The position numbers and the translations under genes were made by a program. Shown one piece after another: positions 48,072 to 56,396 of a stretch of 64,000 bases of DNA. The notes below the pieces were generated by a model. The model made no database searches. It was not told the origin of the DNA and saw only the letters and a list, made by a program, of their open reading frames with translations. The DNA comes from Nanobdellota archaeon (GTDB lineage Archaea > Nanobdellota > Nanobdellia > Pacearchaeales > GW2011-AR1): positions 2,205 to 66,204 of the forward strand of contig JANLHN010000007.1 of the NCBI GenBank assembly GCA_024654505.1. The letters run 5' to 3'. Each line of letters begins with the position of its first letter. Within the stretch, counting starts at the first letter, position 1.

Positions 48072-48257
48072 GAGAAGATGAGAAAGGAGGGTTATTTAAG
48101 ATTGTCGCTCGCAATCGGCTTTGTCAGATTGCTCGCTTTAGGGAGACAGTTTGGTAATGTGTAAATTTCTCGATAAGTTGTTCAACAAAGGTCATGAGAT
48201 TTATTAATTGCTGGGGGTGTTAGATTACTATAATCTTTGCGAAGAAGTAGCCTAGAA

Positions 48258-48422
48258 TTATAAAACTTCTTCGACTCTGGATCTTATTTTTGCCTTCCCA
48301 CCCGATGGAACTGCGAGAGTAGTGTTACACGCAAGGCATCTGACCTTTGTTGAAGCTTTTCCAAATATAGTTTGAGATTCTTTACATTTTGGGCAGCTTA
48401 CCCTAATAAATTTTCCTTTCAT
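48258..48422 (-). CDS. rps27e: Ribosomal protein S27e (eS27)
   Basis: Hand translation gives MKGKFIRVSCPKCKESQTIFGKASTKVRCLACNTTLAVPSGGKAKIRSRVEEVL (54 aa, CxxC..CxxC). Not in the ORF track. Confidence 0.85.
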   Translation of the reverse strand: MKGKFIRVSCPKCKESQTIFGKASTKVRCLACNTTLAVPSGGKAKIRSRVEEVL

Positions 48423-48596
48423 AGATTAAAATGATAAATTGAGTTTTTAAGGTTTATGTCTTATAAATTATCTCTATCTAAGGAGTTTTTCCCTTTAGGC
48501 GTTTCTGGTGAAACGACCCTGTAGGTACTTCTGGTGAAGTAAGGTTTACTTAAAGAAATTGTTATAAAACTAAAGAGTCGCTAAATGGTCTCAGAG

Positions 48597-49946
48597 TTAA
48601 ACCTTCATAATTTCTACTTCTAGATTCTTTTTTAAGGCTTCAATAAAATCTTCTTCTCTGTCTTTATCTAATAGGCATCCTGCTGCGAAGTGGTGTCCTC
48701 CAACTTCAACATTTACTCTAGAATCTCCGTTTTTGAAGGTTATAATTGTTTTTTCCAAAAACTCCTTTAAGTTTCTTCCTTCTCTTCCTACCATTCTTGC
48801 AGAAACTTTTATTTTGTCTTTATTGTAAGCCATACCTATAAGGATTGTTCCTTCTTCATAGGTTTGGGAAGAAGACAACATTGAACATATTGTTCCTACA
48901 ATAACATCTTTTATTTGGTCTTTTGCATTTAGGATTACGAATCCTTTTCCATCAATTTTATTCATCTTTTCTGCAACCCTTAGCCCCGAGACTAATTCTT
49001 GCCTATAGTTTGTGTAAATTTCCATAGCTCTTTCTTTAGCCTTTTCATTTCCTAAACAGTATGAGACTGCTACGTCGCTGAAACCAAGTCTTGAACAAGA
49101 ATTAATTAAAGTTGAAATCTCTCTAACATCTTCTTGGGTGTTAAAAAATTTTAATATGTAAAGATTTCCAATAGTGTCTTTTTGTTTCTCTTTCTTTGAC
49201 TGCCTCATCATTACTGCAGTAATTAGTCTTGACATTTCTTCTTTGCTTAATTCTAAAAGGCTTTTTCCCGCACTAATGTCTACTTCTCTCAATAAATTTA
49301 TTACTCCAGGACCATTACCCGTTACTCCTGGAATGTAGGGAGAGGTTGAATATTCTAATGCTCTTCTTAACGGTCTTGTTGCTGGATAAAGGATTAAACC
49401 TTTTTTTATTTGAAGATTTTCTGAGTCTTTTATAAATTGTTGATTGATTTTTGAAAGATTTGATTCTTGTCTATCTCCTATCATCCCAATGACTGCTAAG
49501 TATGAAAGGTCTTTGTTTTTTTCAGAAATTTCTTTCGAAAGGAGATAACAGGCTCCTGCACCAGAACAATTATTCTCTTCCAGTTTATTGGTTAGATGGG
49601 GATTAATTATATTGATGTTTGCATTTAGTTTGGTCTTATCTATTTCATGATGATCTAAGATGAAAATAGGTCCTTTCAAATTTTGAAAGTATTCTAAACT
49701 TCCAGAAGCCAAATCGCTAAAGACTAAGATTTCTTTTGGTTGGCGTAGTAATTCTTTTTCTAAGATTTCCCTGTCTAAGCTTTTTACTATCCTCAGAGTA
49801 AATTTTTTATCAAGTCTTTGTAATGTCTTTGTAAGAATTGCAGCAGAGGTTATCCCATCGGTGTCATAGTGGGAGATGATTCTGACTGGCTTGTCCTTTA
49901 TAGCCTCTAAAAATTCTTTAGTTACCCTCTTTACCTCTTTTAACAT
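48597..49946 (-). CDS. DHH-family RecJ-like protein (GAN/Cdc45-like)
   Basis: 449 aa. DHH motifs HYDTDGITSA, FSDLASG, LDHHE, and GGHHFAAG in the DHHA1 region. Confidence 0.8.
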   Translation of the reverse strand: MLKEVKRVTKEFLEAIKDKPVRIISHYDTDGITSAAILTKTLQRLDKKFTLRIVKSLDREILEKELLRQPKEILVFSDLASGSLEYFQNLKGPIFILDHHEIDKTKLNANINIINPHLTNKLEENNCSGAGACYLLSKEISEKNKDLSYLAVIGMIGDRQESNLSKINQQFIKDSENLQIKKGLILYPATRPLRRALEYSTSPYIPGVTGNGPGVINLLREVDISAGKSLLELSKEEMSRLITAVMMRQSKKEKQKDTIGNLYILKFFNTQEDVREISTLINSCSRLGFSDVAVSYCLGNEKAKERAMEIYTNYRQELVSGLRVAEKMNKIDGKGFVILNAKDQIKDVIVGTICSMLSSSQTYEEGTILIGMAYNKDKIKVSARMVGREGRNLKEFLEKTIITFKNGDSRVNVEVGGHHFAAGCLLDKDREEDFIEALKKNLEVEIMKV

Positions 49947-50004
49947 AAGGGGTTAAAATGGCATTAGCTTAAAAAGATTTGTGTGATTTATAGAGTGACA
50001 AACC

Positions 50005-50355
50005 CTATTTTTTCTTTTTGGAGAGGTTAGAATATTTTTGTGTAGCGTTTAGTCTACTTTGTGCTTTTTGTAGTTTATGTTTGGCTTTTCTATCAGTAAG
50101 ATTTGATTTTAAATGCTCCTTTATACCGGCTACTTTCTTCTCTGCATTTTCTAAGTTCTCATTTCTTTCAATACCTAGTTCTGTTAAATACCTCTTTAGT
50201 TTTTTTCCAAATACTTTTGTGGTTGGAATCCCATATTGGTCTCTAAGGATTAGTCCTATTTGGGAAGGGGCGTTTTTTTCTGCGAGCTCTGCTATAACTT
50301 TTTTGAGCTCTGACTCATTTATTTTAACCCATGTTGGCTTTTCCAATTTTACCAT
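50005..50355 (-). CDS. rps15: Ribosomal protein S15 (uS15), short form
   Basis: SQIGLILRDQYGIP and the HLKSNLTDRKAKHKL..SRL pattern. 116 aa; lacks the usual basic N-terminal segment. Confidence 0.8.
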   Translation of the reverse strand: MVKLEKPTWVKINESELKKVIAELAEKNAPSQIGLILRDQYGIPTTKVFGKKLKRYLTELGIERNENLENAEKKVAGIKEHLKSNLTDRKAKHKLQKAQSRLNATQKYSNLSKKKK

Positions 50356-50640
50356 GTTATATCTGGGAAAAATTGGTTTTTAAAGTTAAGGGTAGGAGAC
50401 AGTCCCACCAGTGCTCGCAATTTGCATTTCGCAATCAGATATTTCTCTATTAGATTACTCGAAGTAACTTCAAAGAAGTTTCATGTTTTTCTCCAAGGAG
50501 AAAAGAAGCGAATTGCTCGTCGAACCTCCAAGTTCTCATTCTCTCCATATAGCCCCGCCGACTCACGCCTAGGTCTGCGATTATCTATTTTATTTGTCCA
50601 GACCTAAACGTTCGGGATTCGATTTCGAATTCTGGAATTA

Positions 50641-50660
50641 ATGCTATCTTGAGATAGCAT
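50641..50660. repeat. Perfect palindrome (9-bp arms) immediately 3' of tRNA-Gln
   Basis: ATGCTATCT-TG-AGATAGCAT. Confidence 0.9.
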
Positions 50661-50661
50661 A

Positions 50662-50734
50662 TAGCCCCGCCAGGATTCGAACCTGGGTCCCAGGCTTCAA
50701 AGGCCTAGATCCTTGACCGCTAGACTACGGGGCT
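50662..50734 (-). tRNA. tRNA-Gln (anticodon TTG)
   Basis: Minus strand reads AGCCCCG-TA-GTCT..GGAT-C-TAGGC-CTTTGAA-GCCTG-GGAC-CCAGG-TTCGAAT-CCTGG-CGGGGCT-A. 73 nt, no encoded CCA. Confidence 0.9.
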
Positions 50735-50736
50735 AG

Positions 50737-50796
50737 TATTTTTGCCACGTTGTCTTCTCGAAACGGCCCTGCCGTTACTTTAGACTACGGGGCTAG
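50737..50796 (-). repeat. 44-nt conserved hairpin element plus an exact 16-nt copy of the tRNA-Gln 5' end
   Basis: Minus strand reads CTAGCCCCGTAGTCTA (50796-50781), then AAGTAACGGC-AGG-GCCGTTTCGAGAAGACAACGTGGCAAAAATA (50780-50737), then the same 16-mer (50736-50721) starting the tRNA. Confidence 0.9.
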
Positions 50797-50902
50797 TGTA
50801 ATTATGAAAGAATGGGATGATTTTTAAGGTTTATGTAACATAAACAATGGCCAAATCATAGACTCTCTAAAGGTTTTGATGGGGGGTTTTAATATGGAGG
50901 GG

Positions 50903-51505
50903 CTAGTGTTTATATCTTCCCCTTCTTTCTACTTCTTTTAACCTTTCCAGAACCTCATTCTTTTCTTTCCATTTGTAACTCTTTAGAAAGTTTTTGAAAA
51001 GGTCTTCGTGGTTCTGGAAATGTTTTGCTTCGAGTGCTTGTTTGATGAGGTGTATATCAACGGCTTTGTCTTCAATTTTTGCAGATATAAACCCTAGGCC
51101 AAAGTCAATTAAGAAAACTTCGTTATCTTTTAAAATTGTGTTGGAGGTTGTGAGGTCTCCATGGATAATATTGTTTTGGTGGAGAAGTGCTGTCTGATGC
51201 CCTAGTTTTTCCATTGTTTGGTATTGCTTTTCTTTTGGATAGGAGTTTAGAGTTTCTGAGAGTCGGTCTCCTTCGATAAATTGGATTTGTAAATTGTGTT
51301 TGTCAACAGATATGACTTCTGGAACATTTATTTGTAAGGCGAGAGCTTTGGTTAAGATTTTTGCTTCACACTTTGTTCTTTTGTTTCTTATTTGTTCATC
51401 AAGAATTGGATGACGATAAGATTTTGATGTTCTCTCTTTTGAAATGATTTTGTCTGATAGAAATATTTTAGCTTCGGCGCCTTGGGCTATTAGTTGTGGT
51501 TTCAT
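50903..51505 (-). CDS. bud32: Bud32/PRPK-type atypical kinase (KEOPS subunit)
   Basis: 200 aa. GAEAKIF, catalytic HGDLTTSN, IDFGL. Confidence 0.8.
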   Translation of the reverse strand: MKPQLIAQGAEAKIFLSDKIISKERTSKSYRHPILDEQIRNKRTKCEAKILTKALALQINVPEVISVDKHNLQIQFIEGDRLSETLNSYPKEKQYQTMEKLGHQTALLHQNNIIHGDLTTSNTILKDNEVFLIDFGLGFISAKIEDKAVDIHLIKQALEAKHFQNHEDLFKNFLKSYKWKEKNEVLERLKEVERRGRYKH

Positions 51506-51506
51506 C

Positions 51507-52865
51507 TTAAAACTTGATTTTCCCTTTAAACTTCTTAGCCATTTTCTGCATGGTTCTTTGGTCTATTTTTCCTTCGGCTAGGCCGCCCTGCATTCCCATC
51601 ATTTCCTTTAGTAGTTTATATTGTTTGAGAAGTTCTCTTATCTCGGTGGTTGTTGTGCTTGAACCTTTTGCGATTCTCTTTATTCTGTTTGTTTGTTTTT
51701 CTATAATTTCAGGGTTTTCAATTTCTTCTTCAGTCATGCTACTAATTGCTGTTTTCCAATGTTTCATTTTTTCTTCTTGCTTTTTCAAAACATCTTTTGG
51801 AACTTTTGCTGCAGATATTCCAGGAACCATTCCCATTAGTTTATCCATGCCCCCCATTTTGTTCATTTGTTCTAGTTGGCTGTAAAGGTCTAGTAATGTG
51901 AATTTCCCTTCTCCAAGTCTGGCTTCCATTCTCTTTTGTTGTTTTTCTGTCGTTGCCGATTTTACTTTTTCTAAAAGACCTTGGAGGTCTCCCATGCCCA
52001 AAAGTCTTTGAATAAAGGACTCCGGGTCAAATGTTTCTACTTCGTGGATTTGTTCTCCAACACCAATAAAGTAGACGGGGGCTTTTGTTTCTGCGCAGGC
52101 GGTTAGGGCTCCACCAGCTTTAGATGTTCCATCCATTCTTGTTATGACTACACCATCAATTGAAAGTGCTTTTTGAAATTCACTTGCTTGTGTTTTTGCG
52201 GCCTGTCCAATATCTGCAGGCATTACCAAAATTCTATAATCTGGTTTTGTTGCTTTGTTTATTCTTTCAATTTCTTTGATTAACTCTTTATTTAACCCAT
52301 CTCTTCCAGCAGTGTCAATTAAAATTAGGTCGTATTTTTCTAAATCTTTTTCATAATTCTTAATTATCTTGAGAGGGTCTTTTTCTTTTTTGTCGATGAA
52401 AACAGCTACGTTGGCTTTCTTGGCCATTTGCTCTAATTGATCCATTGCTGCAGGTCTTTGAGTGTCAAGTCCGAGAAGTGCGACCTTTCTTCCTCTTTTT
52501 GCAAAATAGAAACCTAGTTTTGCAATAGTTGTAGTTTTTCCGGCACCATAGAGTCCTAAAAACATTAGCTTCGCTTTCTTTGGAAGTTTCAATTCAGTCT
52601 TTTCACCTAAGAGATATAATATTTCATCATGGATTAATTTGACTAATTGCTCTTTCTTTTCAATTCCCCTTATCTTTTCATCATAGGCTAGCTTCTTTAT
52701 TTTTTGGGATAGCGCAAAAACGAGCTCGATATTTACATCTGCTTCGATAAGAGACTTTTGGATGTCTTTTACTATTCCATCTATTAGTTTTTTATCTACA
52801 AAAATTGCATTACTAATCTTTTTGATTCCATCTTTCAAGGCAGAGCCCAATCTTTCAAGCACCAT
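51507..52865 (-). CDS. srp54: Signal recognition particle protein SRP54
   Basis: N domain, G domain (GLYGAGKTTT, DTAGR, TRMDG) and a Met-rich M domain. Confidence 0.95.
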   Translation of the reverse strand: MVLERLGSALKDGIKKISNAIFVDKKLIDGIVKDIQKSLIEADVNIELVFALSQKIKKLAYDEKIRGIEKKEQLVKLIHDEILYLLGEKTELKLPKKAKLMFLGLYGAGKTTTIAKLGFYFAKRGRKVALLGLDTQRPAAMDQLEQMAKKANVAVFIDKKEKDPLKIIKNYEKDLEKYDLILIDTAGRDGLNKELIKEIERINKATKPDYRILVMPADIGQAAKTQASEFQKALSIDGVVITRMDGTSKAGGALTACAETKAPVYFIGVGEQIHEVETFDPESFIQRLLGMGDLQGLLEKVKSATTEKQQKRMEARLGEGKFTLLDLYSQLEQMNKMGGMDKLMGMVPGISAAKVPKDVLKKQEEKMKHWKTAISSMTEEEIENPEIIEKQTNRIKRIAKGSSTTTTEIRELLKQYKLLKEMMGMQGGLAEGKIDQRTMQKMAKKFKGKIKF

Positions 52866-52951
52866 ATAATATGAAGAAAATGGATGTTATTTAAGTTTTG
52901 GGTTTGGGTAAGTTTTTAAAGGAAAAGAAATTTCAGAGGGCATTATAAAAA

Positions 52952-53656
52952 ATGGTGAGTGAAAAGAAGACTATTGGCTTTTTTGATATATTATGGCAAT
53001 TTATCTTTGTTTTCATTGGGATGTTGGGTGTTAGGCTTGATCGTGGAAAAACTTTGTTTGTTTGGATTCCTCTTGCAATACTTTCCTACCTATTAAGTTT
53101 GTTTATTTATACAAAGGGGTGGTGGATATCCTATGTTATTTTCTTCTGGGTTTTTTATTATGTGGGGAATGCTTTGATTCTAGGTACCCCAATTAGTTCT
53201 TGGATGATAAAAAAATTTGGAGAGAAGATGGCATTTTCTATTTATGAAGTCATTTTAGGATTGATGTTTATGAATAGTGCTTTCGCGATTACTCAATTTA
53301 TCGCATTCCATTCAAACACTGTTTTTATTTCACCAATTATTTTATGGGTTATTAGTGTGCCTATTTTTATAATTAGTTTTGGAAGTAAGTTTTGGGCTGC
53401 ATGGCTAACTGGACTGGATATCTATTACTACAAAGATCTTTTCTTAAATAAGAGGGTCGGTAAATTCATTAAAGCTGGTCCATATAAAATATTTAAAAAT
53501 CCTATGTATGGGGTTGGATATCTTTATGGGTATCTTGGTGCCTTAATTTTCCAATCTAAAGAAGGGTTGATTTTTGTAGCGATTTGTCATGCTGGAATTT
53601 ATACATTTAATTATTTAGTTGAACAACCTTTTGTGAAAAGAACGTATCTTTCTTAA
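52952..53656 (+). CDS. Membrane methyltransferase-like protein (ICMT/PEMT-like C-terminus)
   Basis: 234 aa, multi-TM. C-terminal GPYKIFKNPMYGVGYLYGYLGALIF resembles the ICMT/PEMT family signature. Confidence 0.5.
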   Translation: MVSEKKTIGFFDILWQFIFVFIGMLGVRLDRGKTLFVWIPLAILSYLLSLFIYTKGWWISYVIFFWVFYYVGNALILGTPISSWMIKKFGEKMAFSIYEVILGLMFMNSAFAITQFIAFHSNTVFISPIILWVISVPIFIISFGSKFWAAWLTGLDIYYYKDLFLNKRVGKFIKAGPYKIFKNPMYGVGYLYGYLGALIFQSKEGLIFVAICHAGIYTFNYLVEQPFVKRTYLS

Positions 53657-54261
53657 CTAAGTGTTCTTTTTTTCTTCATTAAATTAGCCAGAATAATGCT
53701 TGTGGGGATTACGAATATTAAAAGATATCCAAAGAAGATGAAGAAGGGGTAGAGAGTGGAATGACTCATCCAGACGACGCAAGGTCTTGCTAGGCAGTTG
53801 ATATTGAAAGATTGGCTAAAGTATAATGAAATTGGAACAAGAATTATCATGTGGATGATGGAGATTTTCCAGGCTTTTGGTTCTGGTTTGTTCATTAGGA
53901 AAAGGGCAATTAATGCCAATGGGAGGACGCTTAGGTGAGATATAATAGAAATTATCGAATTTGCTGAGAGGTCCGCGAAGATTTCATAAGTGGAACCTAA
54001 GAGATATTTATTGAAGAGGAGTTTTGAAAGGAAGTCTAGGGACCAGTTTAGGGAGCCAAAAAATAAGAGGGCAATTTCTGCTGATAGTATAAAAGAATTT
54101 CTAAAAAGTATTGCAATCCCTATGATTAGAGGTATGTGATTACATAGCCAAAAGATGTGGATTGGGGAGCTGTAAAGAATTAATATAGCAATTCTAATCA
54201 AGGAAATGACGATTAATGTGATGCCTATTATGTTGAGAATCTCTTTTTTTGTTATTTTCAT
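53653..54261 (-). CDS. Hypothetical polytopic membrane protein
   Basis: 202 aa with about 6 hydrophobic segments. Confidence 0.45.
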   Translation of the reverse strand: MKITKKEILNIIGITLIVISLIRIAILILYSSPIHIFWLCNHIPLIIGIAILFRNSFILSAEIALLFFGSLNWSLDFLSKLLFNKYLLGSTYEIFADLSANSIISIISHLSVLPLALIALFLMNKPEPKAWKISIIHMIILVPISLYFSQSFNINCLARPCVVWMSHSTLYPFFIFFGYLLIFVIPTSIILANLMKKKRTLS

Positions 54262-54266
54262 TTGGA

Positions 54267-55364
54267 TTAAAGTCCCAACTTCTCTATTAATTTTTCTTTT
54301 TTGAATATCTCTAAGTCATCATAACTTTGTCCGACTCCGAGAAAGAGGATGGGTTTTCCTGTGACTTGGGAGACTGAGATTGCAGTTCCCCCCTTTTCAT
54401 CAACATCTGCTTTGGAAAGGATTATCCCATCGATATTGATTGAATCATCAAATGCTTTGGCTTGTTCTGTTGCATCGTTTCCAGTTATGGATTCTCCAAG
54501 AAATATCTTCATGTCTGGCTTGTTTACTCTAACAATCTTTTCCATTTCTCTCATAAGAGAATCTTTATTTTGCATTCTTCCTGCAGTATCAATTAAGACC
54601 ACATTAATATGGTGCTTTTTTGCATACTGGATTGCATCGAAACCGACAGAGGCGGGGTCTGAACCATAGTCTTTTTTTATTAAGTTTATTTTTAATTTAT
54701 CTGCATGTTGTTGTATTTGTTCAATGCTTGCTGCTCTGAATGTATCTGCTGCGGCTAGACAAACAGTTAATTTATTTTTTTGGAGGAGATTGGCTACTTT
54801 TGCGATTGTGGTGGTTTTCCCAGAACCATTGATTCCGGCAAAGAGGATAACAAAAGGAGATTTTTCTTTTAGAGAATCTTTAATAGTTTTTATAAAATTT
54901 GGGGGGTCAAGAAGCAATTCTTCAATAGAGCTCTTTAGTTCTTCTGAAAGATTTACATCTTTGGGGTTTTTTCCAATTAGTTTTTGTGCAAGGGATTCTC
55001 TTATGGCTGCGACTGCAGAATAGGCTACATTATTTTGTAAGAGAATCATTTCTAACTCCTCAAAGAGTTCATCGAATCTTTCATTAGTTAATCTTTTTTT
55101 AAACCTTGAGAAGAACCCACCACTATCTACGGGGGCTTTAATTGTTTCTTCAAGAGACTCTTCTAAAATGTCTTTAGTGGCTTCTTCTTTTGATGGTTCG
55201 ATAGCTTCTTCTTTTGTTGGTTTTGGGATGGGTGTTTTCTTTTTTTCTTTTTTGACTCGAGCTTTCTTTTCTTTTGTAGGTTTTTCTTCTTTTGGAGTTT
55301 CTTCTACAACTTTCTTATTTTTGCTCAACCAGCTCTTAAGCTTCTCTTTTAGTTTGCCGAACAT
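54267..55364 (-). CDS. ftsY: SRP receptor FtsY
   Basis: Lys/Glu-rich A region, then the NG domain (GINGSGKTTT, DTAGR, SKADVDEKGG). Confidence 0.95.
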   Translation of the reverse strand: MFGKLKEKLKSWLSKNKKVVEETPKEEKPTKEKKARVKKEKKKTPIPKPTKEEAIEPSKEEATKDILEESLEETIKAPVDSGGFFSRFKKRLTNERFDELFEELEMILLQNNVAYSAVAAIRESLAQKLIGKNPKDVNLSEELKSSIEELLLDPPNFIKTIKDSLKEKSPFVILFAGINGSGKTTTIAKVANLLQKNKLTVCLAAADTFRAASIEQIQQHADKLKINLIKKDYGSDPASVGFDAIQYAKKHHINVVLIDTAGRMQNKDSLMREMEKIVRVNKPDMKIFLGESITGNDATEQAKAFDDSINIDGIILSKADVDEKGGTAISVSQVTGKPILFLGVGQSYDDLEIFKKEKLIEKLGL

Positions 55365-55449
55365 GGTTTTTCGAAGGGTTTTTCGTTTAAAATCCTTTGG
55401 AAAGGGACCACAATAATTCTTTTAAACTGAGGCGGTTTCATAGGGGGAA

Positions 55450-56007
55450 ATGGTAACTTTTAGTGATATTTACGAGGCTATGCGAAAGGAGAAGTATAGC
55501 GAGCAATTACAGGCGTTACCTCGAAAGTTTCTCTTGGATTCAGCCCAATATTTTGCTGAAAAGAAGGAGTTTTTGAGTAAAGAAGAGGATTTATTTTCTG
55601 ATATGGCTATTAAGAATAAGAAAAAATTAGAGAATGCTCTTTCTAGCTTTAGGGATTTATTAAGGACTAGGAAGAAAAAAATTCTTTCTCTTGCTTTCGT
55701 GGCTGCTGAAGTAGGGATTAGCAAGAAGGATTTTGAAAATTTACTTGGTTTTGAAAAGGATTTGTTTGAAGAGGTTGTTAGGAGTCTTGAAAATGCAGAG
55801 AAGAACTTGGGTACAGATATGGATAGTTCACAAAAAGAGGAGAAGAGGCATAAATTAGTAAGGTTTTTAGAACATGTTCCAGAATTTTTGAATTTTGAGG
55901 GAGAAGGGATAGGTCCTTTTGAAAAAGGGGAAATGGCTAATTTAGAGAGCGGGCTTATCGAGATTCTTGAGAAGGATAAGAGGGTTGAGGTTATTGAGGA
56001 GGATTAG
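55450..56007 (+). CDS. Hypothetical protein, possibly GINS (Gins51-like)
   Basis: 185 aa. TFSDIYEAMRKEK...LQALPRKFLLDSAQYF ... LRTRKKKILSLAF resembles the GINS A-domain pattern. Weak call. Confidence 0.4.
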   Translation: MVTFSDIYEAMRKEKYSEQLQALPRKFLLDSAQYFAEKKEFLSKEEDLFSDMAIKNKKKLENALSSFRDLLRTRKKKILSLAFVAAEVGISKKDFENLLGFEKDLFEEVVRSLENAEKNLGTDMDSSQKEEKRHKLVRFLEHVPEFLNFEGEGIGPFEKGEMANLESGLIEILEKDKRVEVIEED

Positions 56008-56052
56008 TCTTCAGCAAAATGCTTAAAAAGAGTTTTTTCGAGGTAAGTACAT

Positions 56053-56083
56053 GCCTCCTGCATAGCTCAGTTGATAAAGCGCA
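56053..56083 (+). repeat. Degenerate copy of the 5' third of tRNA-Thr
   Basis: GCCTCCTGCATAGCTCAGTTGATAAAGCGCA compared with tRNA nt 1-28 GCCTGCATAGCTCAGTTGATAGAGCACA. Differences: a 3-nt insertion and two substitutions. Confidence 0.85.
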
Positions 56084-56116
56084 CTTCGTTTGCGATATCA
56101 CCTCGCTTGTGGGAAT

Positions 56117-56189
56117 GCCTGCATAGCTCAGTTGATAGAGCACAAGTTTTGTAAACTTGGGGTCGGGGGTTTGACTCCCTCTGCAGGCT
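56117..56189 (+). tRNA. tRNA-Thr (anticodon TGT)
   Basis: GCCTGCA-TA-GCTC-AGTTGATA-GAGC-A-CAAGT-TTTGTAA-ACTTG-GGGTC-GGGGG-TTTGACT-CCCTC-TGCAGGC-T. The T loop is atypical (TTT instead of TTC). Confidence 0.85.
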
Positions 56190-56202
56190 TATTTCTTTAA
56201 AC

Positions 56203-56297
56203 ACTTGACAGTCGGGGGCGAACAATTTGCTTTGAGAAAATAAATGTTAAAATCTTTTTCGAGATGCAAATTGTGAGGTGACTCCCTCTGCAGGCTT
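56203..56297 (+). repeat. Interrupted copy of the 3' part of tRNA-Thr
   Basis: ACTTGACAGTCGGGGG (56203-56218) resembles tRNA ACTTGGGGTCGGGGG. Next comes a hairpin, ACAATTTGC (56222-56230) paired with GCAAATTGT (56266-56274). Then an exact 18-nt GACTCCCTCTGCAGGCTT (56280-56297) identical to tRNA 56173-56190. Confidence 0.85.
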
Positions 56298-56396
56298 CAT
56301 GAGGTGAATGTTGTGTAACAAACCATCTTAGAACTTTTGCGGGCTTTGATTTCCTAAAGCTTAATAAATCTCTCTTCCCATTATTTCTTAGATAAG

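Noticed and set aside
50385-50660. SRP RNA, RNase P RNA or C/D-box sRNA in the long spacers near tRNA-Gln, rps15 and rps27e
   Set aside because: I found no convincing conserved motifs by eye: no RUGAUGA/CUGA pairs in the right geometry and no helix-8-like SRP motif. The spacers are AT-rich. The question is left open and should be tested with covariance models.
50737-50796. CRISPR-like interpretation of the repeated 44-nt element
   Set aside because: There are only single copies at three dispersed loci, with no repeat-spacer periodicity. No cas genes are in the window.
56053-56116. Copy A upstream of tRNA-Thr as a separate functional tRNA (for example an Arg-TCG-like CGCA-CTTCGTT-TGCG hairpin)
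   Set aside because: The hairpin is out of register with the D arm. No T arm or matching acceptor 3' strand follows before the intact tRNA, so no cloverleaf can be drawn.
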